Assembly (NCBI GenBank): GCA_951406725.2
Contig: OX597823.1
Span: forward strand, 9,548,001 to 9,612,000
Reading direction: 5' to 3'
From: Octopus vulgaris
Lineage: Eukaryota
DNA length: 64,000 bases
Shown: piece by piece, positions 11,966-25,156 of the stretch
How positions within the stretch are numbered: position 1 is the stretch's first letter
How the letters are laid out: each line of letters opens with the position of its first letter
Made by a program: the position numbers and the translations under genes
The notes under the pieces: generated by a model
Told to the model about the DNA's origin: nothing
Seen by the model: only the letters and a program-made list of their open reading frames with translations
Databases searched by the model: none

Positions 11966-13892
11966 TAAGCCAGTCCTGTGCAACAAAGAAAGTGCAATAC
12001 ACCAGATCCACATGAATAAGACCAGGTTTAAATCTCAGCTGTTGTTACACTCTTTTTCAGCGAAGCAGTAGGATCGGCGTGAATTTGAAGACACAACGCG
12101 CTGCTTGCTCCATGTTTCGAATCTATGATCTAATGATTGTGAGTCCATCACTCTATACCCTCATCTTCATCCCAGATAGAGTATCAATTAGCTGCTAAAG
12201 TGGAATAAATGAATCTGATAGAGTATAGCACATATAATTGGAGGATGAAATTAGAAGAGAGTTGTGTAGAACACAGCTGAAAATACTTGAAATACTGGTG
12301 TCAATGATAATTAAAATACATTAGGAATAAATATAGAAGGCTGTTATAGACTACAGCTTCATAATAAACTAATTGTCGTTGGAGAAATTTAAGGAAAAAT
12401 AAAGGAATCCGAAGACACCACTCAATAGCTGATATAGTTACCATATCCCTCTCTCATTCTCAAGGAAAGCCGGGCCTGTTACAAATAGAAAATATCAGCT
12501 AAGTAACATTTATGAAATTAGAATAGCCAAAGATTGAGTCGCGGAAAAGATTACAAAACGAAAAGATAAACTCTGCAAAGTATACTAAAGCCAAAATTTA
12601 TGATAGCTTAAAGGATACAAAGAAAGTAATTACAACGGAGTGAAATCTACAACGCTCAAACAGTAAAGGAGGGTTTAATTTTAAGTGAGTATGCTCAATT
12701 TTGAGCACTAAATATCAACAATAAATAGAAGGCTAAAATTAAATGCAGAATAAGCGTTCAATACAATGGAAAAGACTACAAGACACAGTACATCTGGCGG
12801 CCCGATCCTTGCCATGTCTGTATATATCGTCACATACGATCGAGTTAGGTAATATGTCGACTTTTAGACATGAAAGTAGATAAGTAGTTTCAGCATCTGA
12901 TGTACAAAATGCAACCATCTCTCAATAAATCTGAGAGAAAAGTCAAAGCTTACAAATAAAGCCATCAAGGACTGCAACGAAAATATGTATACGTTGACAA
13001 ACAGCGCGATCCCATTTTAACTATGTATTACCCAGGAAAATGTTAAGAAAACAACTTTCAAAGAAGAATAATCTGGAGACACAAAAAAATTAGTGGTGTG
13101 TGGGGAGATAATGTGTGAGGTATGAAAGGGGAAAACTACATCCAACAATAATTAAGTCTGTAATTATAAGCGAAAGCAATAAAAATACAAAAATGTCATG
13201 TGAGGTCCAAACAATTACACTGCAACGCTATAATTACAGTCTTCACCCTACACAAGACGCCATTAATTCAGTCGTACAATTAAATAGAGTTCACTATTGC
13301 ACCCGACATTTAGCCTATACAATCAGCACCAAATAAAATAGCACATAACATACAGTTCCATAATCGATTGCTAATCATAAAACAATTAACACAGCACGCA
13401 TTTTATACAATTAGCTTCCAATAATATATCGCAATCTATACATCGTATCTCGAATACAATCACCACCCGACACAACAAAAGATAACGTATTTGACACATA
13501 AGATACTCTGCACATCTACCGCACACAAAATAAAACAATGCCGAGAAAGTCGTTATGTAGTCGATCGACCAGTTAGAGATAATAAAGTAACCCTCACTTG
13601 AACTTATATTCTATATTCTTGGAAAGACGTAGAGGACACTAAGTGATATAAATACAAGTGTGAGATGATGATTTCTGGAATATTTGATCATAAATATGCA
13701 CGATCAGGATTGACCTGGAATTAAATGATAACACCAACACAAATCATCTACACAACCACATCCCGTTAAAAAAATCACAACGTAATTTTGTACAATCGAC
13801 ACTTGATAAAATAACAGCAACACATACATTTCCCCTCACCAAAATAAAACAAATTAAATTACGAGTATTCTACAATATAAAGAGGTAGAATA

Positions 13893-14286
13893 TCTTTATA
13901 TATAAAAGTGAGGTTGTGTGCTGTCTGTCTCCTACGATTTAGATTCCTAACTACTCCCACATTTTGCGGTGCAGTTTAACCAATACCGGGTATCTTATAG
14001 TCGTGATTCATATCGAGCCCTTCTGGGTATTAGCGCGCGTCTACGATGAGTCTACGATTTTAAAAGCAAATTACCATCAAGTTTTCCCGTTTTTAATGCA
14101 TTTTTGGTATATATAAGGGAAGTAACTCTCTAAAAATTTATTATTAAATCTCAGAACGTAAAAAGCTACAGTACCCCCCTCTTGTGGTTAGCCATATTGA
14201 GATGGCTATTATACTTTACATCTCTAAAAATGCTTATATAGTTATTTCCCTTTACAAACCCGAGCAAAGCCGGGCGATACTGCTAG
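13893..14286 (+). mobile_element. Non-autonomous Helitron, complete
   Basis: A|TC start, CTAG|T end, subterminal hairpin CCCGAGCAAAGCCGGG, no TSD. Confidence 0.9.
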
Positions 14287-15293
14287 TAGAAACTATATCT
14301 GAAATATTAAAATAAACACAACTCAGCAAAGCAACGCAGTTACAGTATGGAAACACAATAGGACATAGATAATTCGATGGTGCACTGAGTGATATAATGG
14401 ACTCATGCATAATTTGCTTGTAACCATGATAAAAATATCAGCAGTAATACCACTCGGTTCTAAGATATGCAAAATGCTTGAAATTGAGGTTGTGAAACAA
14501 TGGATAATTTTGATTGTAATACTTGCCCGGCATTTTCTTTCACCAGCCTGCAAAGTGGATGAGAGCTAAGTTGATATCGGCAAGGCTGGAACTGGATTCG
14601 AACTCATAACGCTGAGTAGTACGACTAAAAGCTTTAAGAAATTGCGTCCGACGCTCCAATAACTCTGACAATCTGCCATCATTCCTGCCAGATGATAACG
14701 ACTTGCAGCTGTTCTTGATGATGATGATGATGATGACGATGATGATGATGATGATGATGATTATGATGATGATGATGATGAATGCAACCCACAAACTTGT
14801 TATTTATTGTTGTGAGAGAATATTACACTTTTATATTCACACATTTTTCTGAATAACATTAATGTCGGAGCTGAAGTGAAGCTGAAAAATCCAGGTTTCA
14901 AGAGGCGGAGTCCGAACAGTGGGTGCTTTCCTTTTTAATTCCAACGCGCTATTCTGTATTTCCTCTTTGACAGCAGTGCGTAACCGAACGCATTCAATGC
15001 GTAACTGAGCGCATTAACCATTAACCTGATTCCCGGAATTTATTCATAGAATCGTGTTTACATTTATGGTGCAAAAACATAATAAGGAAAAAATACGGAT
15101 GTACTGAGTATCCTTTTTAAGTAACCTCAGTTGACCTTTTGTGTAGTTTAGAAATGTTATAACGTAGTTGATAATAACATCTAATTTTCTCAGTCTATTA
15201 TAACCGTTCATTTCTCATTATCGTAGGCCTTCATCAGTTCTTCCTGGTTTTAAGGAGAATTAAAACATGAACAATCAATTGTTATGAATATAT

Positions 15294-15504
15294 GGCGGTG
15301 AGATAGCAGAACCATTAGCTAACTGGACGAAATGCTTAGCGGTATTTTGCCCATTGCCACATCCTGAGTTCAAATTCTGCTGAGGTCGATTTTGCATTCA
15401 TCGTTTCGGGGTCGATAAATTAAGTTCCAGTTGCGTACTGGGGTCGATCTAATCGACTGACCCCCTACCCCAAAATTTCAGGCTTTGTACCTATACTAGA
15501 AATG
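15294..15504 (+). mobile_element. SINE family B variant with TSD
   Basis: Family B body flanked by the direct repeat ATCAATTGTTATGAATATAT (15274 and 15505). Confidence 0.85.
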
Positions 15505-15535
15505 ATCAATTGTTATGAATATATATATATATATG

Positions 15536-15853
15536 CTGTTGTGTCTGGGGTGAGTCATTCTCTTTTAGCGCTTTTATGATTTAACACACCCACCGGTAAA
15601 ATTTCAACTTATTTCTTTTATATTTTTCTAAAATTTTCGTTGCGTCTTGCAACCTTTTCAAAACTATTGAAAAGGTTGCAAGACGCAACGAAAATTTTAG
15701 GAAAATAAAAATAAGAAATAAGTGGAAATTTTACCGGTGTGTGTGTTACATTATCAGGCACAAAAAGAAAATGACTCTACCCAGACACAACAGAATGTGC
15801 TTTAACACTCGAACTCGCATAAAGAATTTTGCAAACCAAATCCCAAAACGAAA
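15536..15853. mobile_element. Foldback element in (TA)n (arms about 15536-15662 and 15667-15793)
   Basis: Imperfect ~127-bp inverted arms; degenerate hammerhead-like motif at the apex. Confidence 0.75.
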
Positions 15854-15873
15854 TATATATATGTGAATGTGTG

Positions 15874-15923
<50 letters not shown>

Positions 15924-16135
15924 AACAAACGTTTTTATTTCTCTTTCCATTTCAGAATTACAACTATTAGTGGTTTGGAGTTTAGCTGCTCTTTCTAGTG
16001 AATCGGATGTCCTATTATAGCCATCCCTTATATGTTTGAATGTATATTATATAGTCTATTGACTATTTTTCTCTATCTCACATGACCGCTGGTAGCGGAG
16101 AATTTTCCTAGAATTTTTTGCTACCCTAAAATTTA

Positions 16136-16194
<59 letters not shown>

Positions 16195-16441
16195 TTATAT
16201 ATATAAATATATTTATGTGTGTGTATGCATACATACGTATATACATACATGCATCTGTTTCGGAATGCTTCGCGTTATTTCTTCCGGCTCTTTCCGTTCT
16301 AAGTTCAAATTCCGTAAAGGTCGAACTTCGACATTCATCATTTCCGCGTTTGTTAAAATAAGCATCAGTTGAACACTGGCGTCGATGTAATCGACTCCAC
16401 TCCGCCGCGAAAATGGCTGGCATTGTGCCGAAATGTGAAAC

Positions 16442-16477
<36 letters not shown>

Positions 16478-16479
<2 letters not shown>

Positions 16480-16852
16480 TATGTTTGACTTTTGCTTTAT
16501 GTCTGTACAAGTTGGCTCCAAGTCTCACCCAGAGACCTCAAGAGACAACAGGTTGGAAGTTCTGTGCCATATATTTGGGTTTTTTGTTTTTTTTTGTACT
16601 AGTGAATGTCTAATACATAAAAATAAAAAATAAATGAATAAATTTTAAAAAAAAATAAAAATAAATGAATAAACAAAAAAGTTTATTTTAAACCTTGGGA
16701 TTACATAGAGAGTATTTTGCGTAGGATATGAGCAGTTCCCATGAGCACTATCTTTTGAATTTCTGCCATTTTGGGGTTTCCTGGTATCTGAGTTAGGTAG
16801 CAATCAGTCCCATTCGCTATCATTCCCAGGGCACCTATGACAACAGGTATTG

Positions 16853-16855
<3 letters not shown>
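16478..16855 (-). mobile_element. R4/Dong-type LINE 3' end (second subfamily) in (TAA)n
   Basis: Minus strand reads TIPVVIGALGMIANGTDCYLTQIPGNPKMAEIQKIVLMGTAHILRKILSM*; (TTA)n on both sides. Confidence 0.85.
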
Positions 16856-16926
<71 letters not shown>

Positions 16927-17899
16927 CATTATTATTATTTACTTCAGAAATCAAATAACAAGATATTTATGCATGTTCAACGATAAACAAATTCATCTTT
17001 AAGCCGATATTATTCAACGGAAAGCGGCTTCAGTTAAAATCCTAATTCTAATGAGAGACTACTGTTATTATTGATCCCTATTTTGTACTAAACGGTGTAT
17101 GATTAGAACCACTGGCCAATGTATTTTTTTAAAATTGTTACCCGGCATATATTAAAAATTCTCCGCTTTCTATAAGCAGATGTGCATGACTGTCACCAAA
17201 GTCGATATATTTCTAGTTGAACGGCTGTTAATGGTAAATAGAACAGTGTTTTACTAATTGCGATCCATAATAACGTTGAACCTATGAAAGTGGAAGCAAT
17301 TTTTTCTTTTATTTGTGTTGTAGGCTGTAATGTTTAATAATACGGAGATAAAAATAAAAGTGGTGTTAGTGAGCATGAAATGGTTGAATGAGACGATATT
17401 TCATAAAATTTCTTCGAAATTTGCAACTAGTTTTGGGATAAGGGTCATTCGGTTTATATAAAAGAATGGCAACGATCAGATAGGATGCATACCTGCTGCA
17501 ATAAGTCGAGAGAAGGAAGTTGTTATAAACGACTTTTAGATACACTGTATCATCTCTGTTTAAAATAAGGCATGATGAGGGGAGATATTTGGGGGATGAT
17601 ATCGTCAGCTAAGATTTATTGTATAAAAATAATTAATATTGAATTTAAATACTCATATCTCAGTATTTACATTACGAAAATATTGTTAGCACGTAAAAAG
17701 TTCAGCTTTGAAACGTAGGGGCTGAGAAATAACTACCTGTGTATGATTTAATATACTTTTTATAAAGACGCGGAAGGTGAGGTCTGAGTTTTAACTCCAC
17801 TCCAGTAACGCTGTGTAGGTACATCACATTTAGTGGAAATGAAAACAATATTCAAAATATTCCCTCATTATCAAGTTTAAAATGGCGGATCGATTTAAG

Positions 17900-18980
17900 C
17901 TTGTGCAGTTGATAGTTGTTTTAGCATTTACATTGTTATCCTTGTTTATATTAATCCATTCCGTCATTTTATTGTTGGCTTTTAGTTCAGATGTAAATCA
18001 TAAAGCACATCATAAATTTTGATAATTTGTGGTGATCATCGGTCATATTTCTTTCTAAGATTACACTTTATTTGATGTACGCAATATTCAATGCGTTTCA
18101 TCCTATTTGAAGTATTTAAGCAGATCTCTTTCATCTAATATTTTTTTTCCTTTCAATTTAGTTTATTTTAACATTCTAATATTTCAAGCAGCATATCTCC
18201 TTTGAAATTGGATTAGCTTTACTTTACACTATGCTCACGTTCATATTTACGATGAATATTTCTAATACTTCTGGAATATTATCCAATAGATTGTCATCTA
18301 GTGTTTATAGTTTTACTTCATGCCTTCGCTGGATTGATTCATAAATAGTTTAGTGTTTTCCCATTGCTCTTTGATATATAACCAATTAGATTTCCAAAAT
18401 TATTTTGCAAAATAAATTCAAACAAGTCGCAAAAGAGTGTATCGCGCGGAAAAATTACATTTTAATTCAGCGACTGCTTTCTTAATATTTTCATTTACAT
18501 ATCTGTTCTATTGCAGTGTGTTGCTTATATCGATTTCGATTTGTTCACTAAAGTACTGAATGTTGAAACCATTGTATTAGTAGCAATTATTTTATATTAT
18601 GTTCTATAAGGAAATCAAATACCGTCTAATACACTAGCGAAACAATTGTTTGCTATATAAACGCATTTCTTTGACAAATTAGGTACGAGTAATAAAACAG
18701 CGTCGCAACACTGCTTTGTAAGCGAATTAAGATTTTGGATAAAACGAAATCTAGCTCGATGCCAAGGTGCCAAGTGATCTAATTTATGATGTTATATTTT
18801 TCAGATGATAGTCATTGTTTGTCTATAGTTTAACTTCATAACTTCCCTGTATTAATTTATAAACAGTTTACAGTTTACCCGTTCATCTTGTTTGTACTCC
18901 TGGTATCGTTTCAGAAATGGTGTTAGGAATTAAATTTAAGTAAGTTCCAAAGTGATTCAGTGTTCTGTAAAAATTGAATT
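17900..18980 (-). pseudogene. Possible very old R4/Dong RT remnant
   Basis: Only faint traces resembling the GIFQGDSLSPLLF and NHLFMDD regions near 18330-18470. Confidence 0.3.
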
Positions 18981-19132
18981 TATTATGTGTTGTGTGTAGT
19001 ATAGCTTGTGTTTGCTGGTACATTGTGGTGTACATATTAAGTGTGATGCTATTTTGTTTCCTTTTTATACAAGTACTAACCCAGGACAATGAACTGGTCG
19101 ATATGCAGGTGGTATTTGTTATAGATCGAGCT

Positions 19133-19362
19133 GGCGGCGAGCTGACAGAAACGTTAGCACGCCGGGCGAAATGCTTAGCGGTATTTCGTCTGCGCTACGT
19201 TGTGAGTTCAAATTCCGCCGAGGTCGACATTGCCTTTCATCCTTTCGGGGTCGATAAATTAAGTACCAGTTACGCACTGGGGTCGATGTAATCGGCTTAA
19301 TACCTATATCTGTCCTTGTTTGTCCTCTCTGTGTTTAGCCCCTTGTGGGTAATAAAGAAATA
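19133..19362 (+). mobile_element. SINE family B with 17-bp TSD
   Basis: GGTATTTGTTATAGATC at 19111 and 19363. Confidence 0.92.
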
Positions 19363-19794
19363 GGTATTTGTTATAGATCTTTCTCTTCTGAATACTCAGA
19401 AAGATTTCTTGAACTATCTGCATTTAGTCGACAAAATAGAATCTTATTGAAAGCGCCCGATGGAAGGCAAGATGAAAATTCCGCTGCATTCGAACATGAA
19501 AGTTCCACACGTAAAAAGGGTTTGTCAAAGACAAGACAAGTTATTCTTCGTTAACAAATATTTGAATAGAGCGAATGAAGTATCTAATTATTGCATCTGC
19601 CTTCAAGGTCAGAATTTCATTTTATCGTATTTTTGTATATATGACCGATGTGGCGTTTAATATACTATGTTGTCTTCTAATGCCCTCCAAGCTCCCCACA
19701 TCGTGTAAAACAAATATATTTCAAATGAATGTTTCTCCAGAATCGTCGCTGTTTTCTCAGTGAATCATCTTTTCTATCACCAATAACGTGGAAG

Positions 19795-19948
19795 GAGATT
19801 GTGGCTGTGCTGATAAGAAGCTGGCTTCGCAACGACGTAATCTCCGGTTCAGTTCCACTGCGCAGGAACTTATATTATATCCCTTGGCCGAATAAAGTTT
19901 CGTGAGTGGGTTTGCTAGACGGAAACCGAAAGAAACTTGTCATTTGTC

Positions 19949-19998
<50 letters not shown>

Positions 19999-20032
19999 GC
20001 GCGTGTGTCTGTGTTTGTGTGTGTGTTTGTGT

Positions 20033-20096
<64 letters not shown>

Positions 20097-20240
20097 TTGT
20101 ATTTGTGCTTGTCTCGTTTGACAACTAGTGTTGGTTTGTTTACGGCAATATAACCTAACTGTCCCGCAACAGAAACCGATCGAAGATATGCCAAGCTTTA
20201 AAATAACATTTGAGATCGATTTGCATGATGTAAGCAAACG
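19795..20240 (+). mobile_element. Old SINE family A copy with expanded internal (TG)n
   Basis: Diverged head and tail flank (TG)n at 19960-20090. Confidence 0.7.
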
Positions 20241-20739
20241 ATTAAAGACTAGTTACAATGAGAGGTACATTATAACAAAGACTATCTTATCGTGGAAACA
20301 ATAACCTTGATTAGAAATGCTTTTAAAGATATTTCTAGCAAGATTTCTAAAGCAATATTTATGCTCCTGAGAGAGTTATCTTCCTGATTCGATTTTATCC
20401 CGCATCTTTTCCATTTGCGTTTATTTTCTTTACTCTCAAATGTGGATACTTGTCTATAATACATATTATTATATCATTGCCTTTTCTCTTGCTCTTTTTT
20501 TTTTCAGTTCTGATACGAGGGTTTTGGAATGTTTTGTTTCGAATATTTGGTGCATTCATTCTATTTAAAGCCAAAACTCAAGATATTCAGTTGCAAATGT
20601 GAAAAATATTCAAACGTAAAGCAAGAGAGCAAGGTGCTGCATGATGTGCATCGTATAAGATTAGAAGTTGAATAGCATTATGTAACTGTGCATTATTTCG
20701 TGCTTGAACTAAACTCTAATTGTAGTGTATTCAACTGGA

Positions 20740-21220
20740 TCACATGGATCGGCCAGAATGCCTGGTGCCACCTCAGCTCACCTGGTTACAGCATTCACTC
20801 CATCTCCCACCTACTCTCGCCATTTTCCTCTACGTTGTTCCAAGCATATTTCTTAAATCATCTTCCCACGTGATTGGAGGTCTTCCGAGTGGTCTCTTCC
20901 GTATACGCGGGTACCACTCGGCAACTGCACGGGTCCACAGATAGCCTGTGAGCATTGCGACAGCGTACTTCACACCAGTTCTATCGCCGATCTCCTCGTC
21001 CCGGATCAGATCACTCAGCGAGATTCCCAACATCAACTTTTCCATGGCTCCCTGCGCCGCAGGGATATGTTCTCTCTTCGTCAAGACACAAGTCTCACAT
21101 GCATGTTACACTGCAGGCAAGACTGTGCTGTTGAAGAGATTGGCATGATTTGCCTTGTCTAGGTTCGCCTTCAGCACATCCTTCGCCAAGTTAAATGCTC
21201 TCCTTCTTGCTCTTATTCTG
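20740..21220 (-). pseudogene. RTE-clade LINE, C-terminal fragment
   Basis: LFNSTVLPA..ACETC, MEKLMLGISLSDLIRDEEIGDRTGV, WYPRIRKRPLGRPPITWEDDL. Confidence 0.85.
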
Positions 21221-21226
21221 TAATGT

Positions 21227-21536
21227 GATCACGTGATCACGTGACCGACCAGTCCATCAGATGTTGTTACACATCGCTGGTCACAATGCGTTCGCATTGT
21301 TTTAGCCTTCGAATGACGCCACCCCGCTGGCTAAGTGAGCAGGCCAACAGGAGAAAGAGTGGGAGAAAGAGTGGTGAAAGAGTACAGCAGGGATCACCAC
21401 CCCTGCCGGAGCATCGTGGAGCTTTTAGGTGTTTTCGCTCAATAAACACACACAACGCCCGGTTTGGGAATCGAAACCGCGATCCTGCGACCGCGAGTCC
21501 GCTGCCCTAACCACTAAGCCATTGCGCCTCCACATC
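21227..21536 (-). mobile_element. SINE family C variant with TSD
   Basis: tRNA-like head; TSD CTGTAATGT at 21218 and 21537. Confidence 0.88.
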
Positions 21537-22216
21537 CTGTAATGTATTATATGTAAATTGATCATCCTCTGGACCATTGAAAATGATTCATTTGCACGAT
21601 CAACTGAGTTACCTGCTAATTAGATTAGTATTTTCGTGGTAGAATCGTTGTAGTAAAGTCTTACTTTTTAATTACATGGACTTCCACACAGTTTTTACCT
21701 ACTGAGTTTCACTCATTCGGTTTGGAAGGATAGGAGATCATACAGAAATTATGCTTACTCAAGCTGTTAGATACCGAGGTCGATCCCAGCAGATTTTGTA
21801 ACCATTCGGCCATGTTGAATTCATTAATTTATTCTAGAAAATACGATTTACATAGTACAGATATATGCTATACTTAAGCTGCATAATGTATGATCTATGA
21901 TACATGTTTTTTTTACTATGAATTGTGTATAAGATAAAATATGGTATGAAGTATATTCCTGGCGGAATATATTATTTATGAGTATAGTACAGAGTACGAT
22001 AGAAAATAAATTGCATCCTGCATGATTTATAAGACAGTATACAATGTGTTGCGAAGATAATGAATAATATATATTGAAGATTGATGTGTGATGTGTGCAG
22101 TTTCATTAAGAAAACTATTTCTTTTCTGTTCTATATTTAAGAGATAAGGAATTATGTACATTATTTACGTTATTTACATTTGAGGGATATTCTTCATCCT
22201 CATCTTGTTTGTTGTT

Positions 22217-22262
22217 AACACAGCGTTTCGGCTGATATACCCTCCAAACTTCATCAGGTGTC
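22217..22262 (-). ncRNA. Minimal hammerhead motif (mutated copy)
   Basis: GACAC-CTGATGA-A-...CAGCC-GAAA-CG-CT-GTGTT; U16.1 changed to C. Confidence 0.55.
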
Positions 22263-22309
22263 TTGGGGAAATTTCGAACCTGGGTTCTCATTCCAAAGGT
22301 ATTTTTCGA

Positions 22310-22329
22310 TATTATTATTATTATCATTA

Positions 22330-22388
<59 letters not shown>

Positions 22389-22393
22389 GTTAC

Positions 22394-22457
<64 letters not shown>

Positions 22458-22470
22458 GTTACTATTATTA

Positions 22471-22526
<56 letters not shown>

Positions 22527-22539
22527 GTTACTATTATTA

Positions 22540-22592
<53 letters not shown>

Positions 22593-22605
22593 GTTACTAT
22601 TATTA

Positions 22606-22652
<47 letters not shown>

Positions 22653-22665
22653 GTTACTATTATTA

Positions 22666-22733
<68 letters not shown>

Positions 22734-22735
22734 GT
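22310..22735. repeat. (TTA)n microsatellite with recurring TTGTTACTA interruptions
   Basis: Direct reading. Confidence 0.97.
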
Positions 22736-22923
22736 TCAGATCACTGCTTGGAATCGAACATTGAATCTTGGGGTCAGTAGCCCCCCCCCCCCGCTCTTAA
22801 CGACTACGCCAAATTCCGAGTTCGATTCTAAGCAGTGACCTAAACAACAACAACAACAACAACAACAATAATACCATCAAAAACTACCTTATGAATGAGA
22901 ACCCAGGTTCGAAATTTCCCCAA

Positions 22924-22969
22924 GACACCTGATGAAGGCTGGAGTGTATATCAGTCGAAATGTTGTGTT
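22924..22969 (+). ncRNA. Minimal type-I hammerhead motif
   Basis: GACAC-CTGATGA-A-GGCTG..CAGTC-GAAA-TG-TT-GTGTT; the two copies together give stem II GGCTG/CAGCC and palindromic AACGTT. Confidence 0.7.
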
Positions 22970-23429
22970 ATATAACAAATAAGATGAGGACAAATATCTG
23001 TCAAATGTAATAATGTAAAATAATTCTTGTCCTTACACTGTGATTTAAGAATATTTTCTCTTGTCAGTGAACGAATTGGTTTCTAGTTTTCGATTGAATA
23101 AAGTCTTTGATTAATATTGATATGCGCCGAGCTACGTCATACGTCAAAACTATTATGATAAACTTGTATTTAAGCAACAAAAGATAGGAAGAGAGATTAG
23201 AGAAAACAAGAACAATAGACATAAACAAAGAAATAAAATTTGTGAAATATGATTAAAGAAAGTGAGGAACCACCGAAATAAGGTCTAAAATAATGGTGAA
23301 TGAAGTTTCTCAGTTTTAAGTAGTATTGTGGAAGTGTATTAAAGTGAAGGGTAAGTCTCATACATATAGAGATATTTAAGCTAATATATAAGATGACTGT
23401 GGGACAGAGACAAAAAGATACCACTGATA

Positions 23430-23765
23430 TAATATTGGTTTCAAATTTTGACACAAGGCCAGCAGTTTCGGGGCGGGGAGTAAGTTAATCCAAGTGTTCA
23501 ACCGGTAGTTTTATCGACCCAGAAGAAATGAAAGGCAAAAACCAGTCTCGGCAGAATTTGGACTCAGAAGAAAAAAATCTGGACGAAATGACGCTAAAAT
23601 TTAATCCGGTGAGCTAACGATCTCGCCAGCTCGACGCTGAATAAGAACTAGAATAATAACTAGGCTTACAAAGAATAAGTCCTGGAGTTGATTTGTTCGA
23701 CTAAAGGTGGTGCTCCAGCATGGCCACAGTCAAATGACCGAAAGAAGTAAAAGAATAAAAGAATA
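23430..23765. mobile_element. Old SINE B-like copy (minus) followed by a SINE A tail (plus, 23664-23765)
   Basis: Similarity to the in-window family copies. Confidence 0.7.
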
Positions 23766-24051
23766 TGAGATTGAAACATGGCCGACCTCACACACTTCTC
23801 ATGAAGAATTCCAGGAGTATCCTGAGACCACTGCTGGGACGCTTCCACAAAATAAGAAAGAAAAGCCGTTGGAAGAATCCATCTAAGAATATCTGAAGAA
23901 GGAATATTATTCCGACATATATCAGACTATGGATGACTAAATTACAACAGGTATACAGCCCATTGTCTGTATTATAGTACATTGTTGTACAATTCAAAAC
24001 TTTTATTCTTTACAAACAATACAGAATGCTTCAAGCGAACTACAATACTCT

Positions 24052-24105
<54 letters not shown>

Positions 24106-24237
24106 AAAATAGTGAAGTGTGAAAAAACGACAGAAGGCTTAAATGTTAAAAAATATATATATTTGTGTCAAAATGTCTGGAGAATATTGGAAAAATTTTT
24201 TTCCTTTCCTTAAAATGATATAATTTTAAAATTTTTA

Positions 24238-24277
24238 AAGAAATTACCGGTTTCGCGTGTAGCTTTTCAAATTTCTT
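24238..24277 (-). ncRNA. Minimal hammerhead motif, U3-A8 core variant
   Basis: Mirror copy of 24900-24939. Confidence 0.7.
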
Positions 24278-24428
24278 GTGACGTTATGTTTATATTGCAT
24301 GGAATTATCGTTGTTTTTATTTCCAGGAGATTTCTAAATAAGGGGAGGTAGTGAGTGATTTTTTCCGGTGTAGGGGAGATAATCGCTTAAAAATTTTTTT
24401 TTTTTTTTTTTTTTTTCCTTTTTCCTTG

Positions 24429-24660
24429 TTAATTTCTCTGTGTCAGTATGTTCGGATGGTTGAGTCTGGGTTTGTACTTTTCAATGAAGAATGTTTCCTT
24501 GTTCAGTCTCATTTGTGTTGATGATCCGAAAGCACATTGGCAAAATGGGAAGATTAAAAATTGTGGCAGTAGTTGCTTTGCGCATTTCTCAATGTGCTCA
24601 CTAAAAGGTTTCATTCTATATTCTGGGAATGCAATCTGTTATCGATGCAGTGTGCATCTG
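24429..24660 (-). pseudogene. Penelope-like GIY-YIG endonuclease C-terminal fragment
   Basis: RCTLHR*QIAFPEYRMKPFSEHIEKC...FLIFPF...RLNKETFFIEKYKPRLN matches the PLE H..H..E..I....P.LN pattern. Confidence 0.8.
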
Positions 24661-24899
24661 CAGTGTGCATCAACACAAATGAGACTGAACAAGGAAACAT
24701 TCTTCATTGAAAAGTACAAACCCAGACTCAACCATCCGAACATACTGACACAGAGAAATTAACAAGGAAAAAGGAAAAAAAAATTTTTAAGCGATTATCT
24801 CCCCTACACCGGAAAAAATCACTCACTACCTCCCCTTATTTAGAAATCTCCTGGAAATAAAAACAACGATAATTCCATGCAATATAAACATAACGTCAC

Positions 24900-24939
24900 A
24901 AGAAATTTGAAAAGCTACACGCGAAACCGGTAATTTCTT
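24900..24939 (+). ncRNA. Minimal hammerhead motif, U3-A8 core variant
   Basis: AAGAAAT-TTGAAAA-GC(TACAC)GC-GAAA-CCGG-TA-ATTTCTT: 7-bp stem I, palindromic ACCGGT stem III, GUA site. Confidence 0.7.
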
Positions 24940-25156
24940 TAAAAATTTTAAAATTATGTCATTTTAAGGAAAGGAAAAAAATTTTTCCAATATTCTCCAG
25001 ACATTTTGACACAAATATATATATTTTTTAACATTTAATCCTTCTGTCGTTTTTTCACACTTTACTATTTTCTTATATATTCACCCACGTGCTTTACCAA
25101 ACAAACTTTCTTATCTATATATATATATATATATATATATAAATATATACATATAT

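Larger units (their letters stand above)
22115..23030. mobile_element. Inverted pair of Penelope pLTR-like segments around (TTA)n
   Basis: About 22150-22310 is the reverse complement of about 22875-23026; each arm has a hammerhead motif. Confidence 0.8.
24103..25077. mobile_element. Penelope-like element, head-to-head inverted 3' ends in (TA)n
   Basis: 24103-24523 and about 24669-25077 are near-perfect inverted repeats; contains a GIY-YIG C-terminus. Confidence 0.88.
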
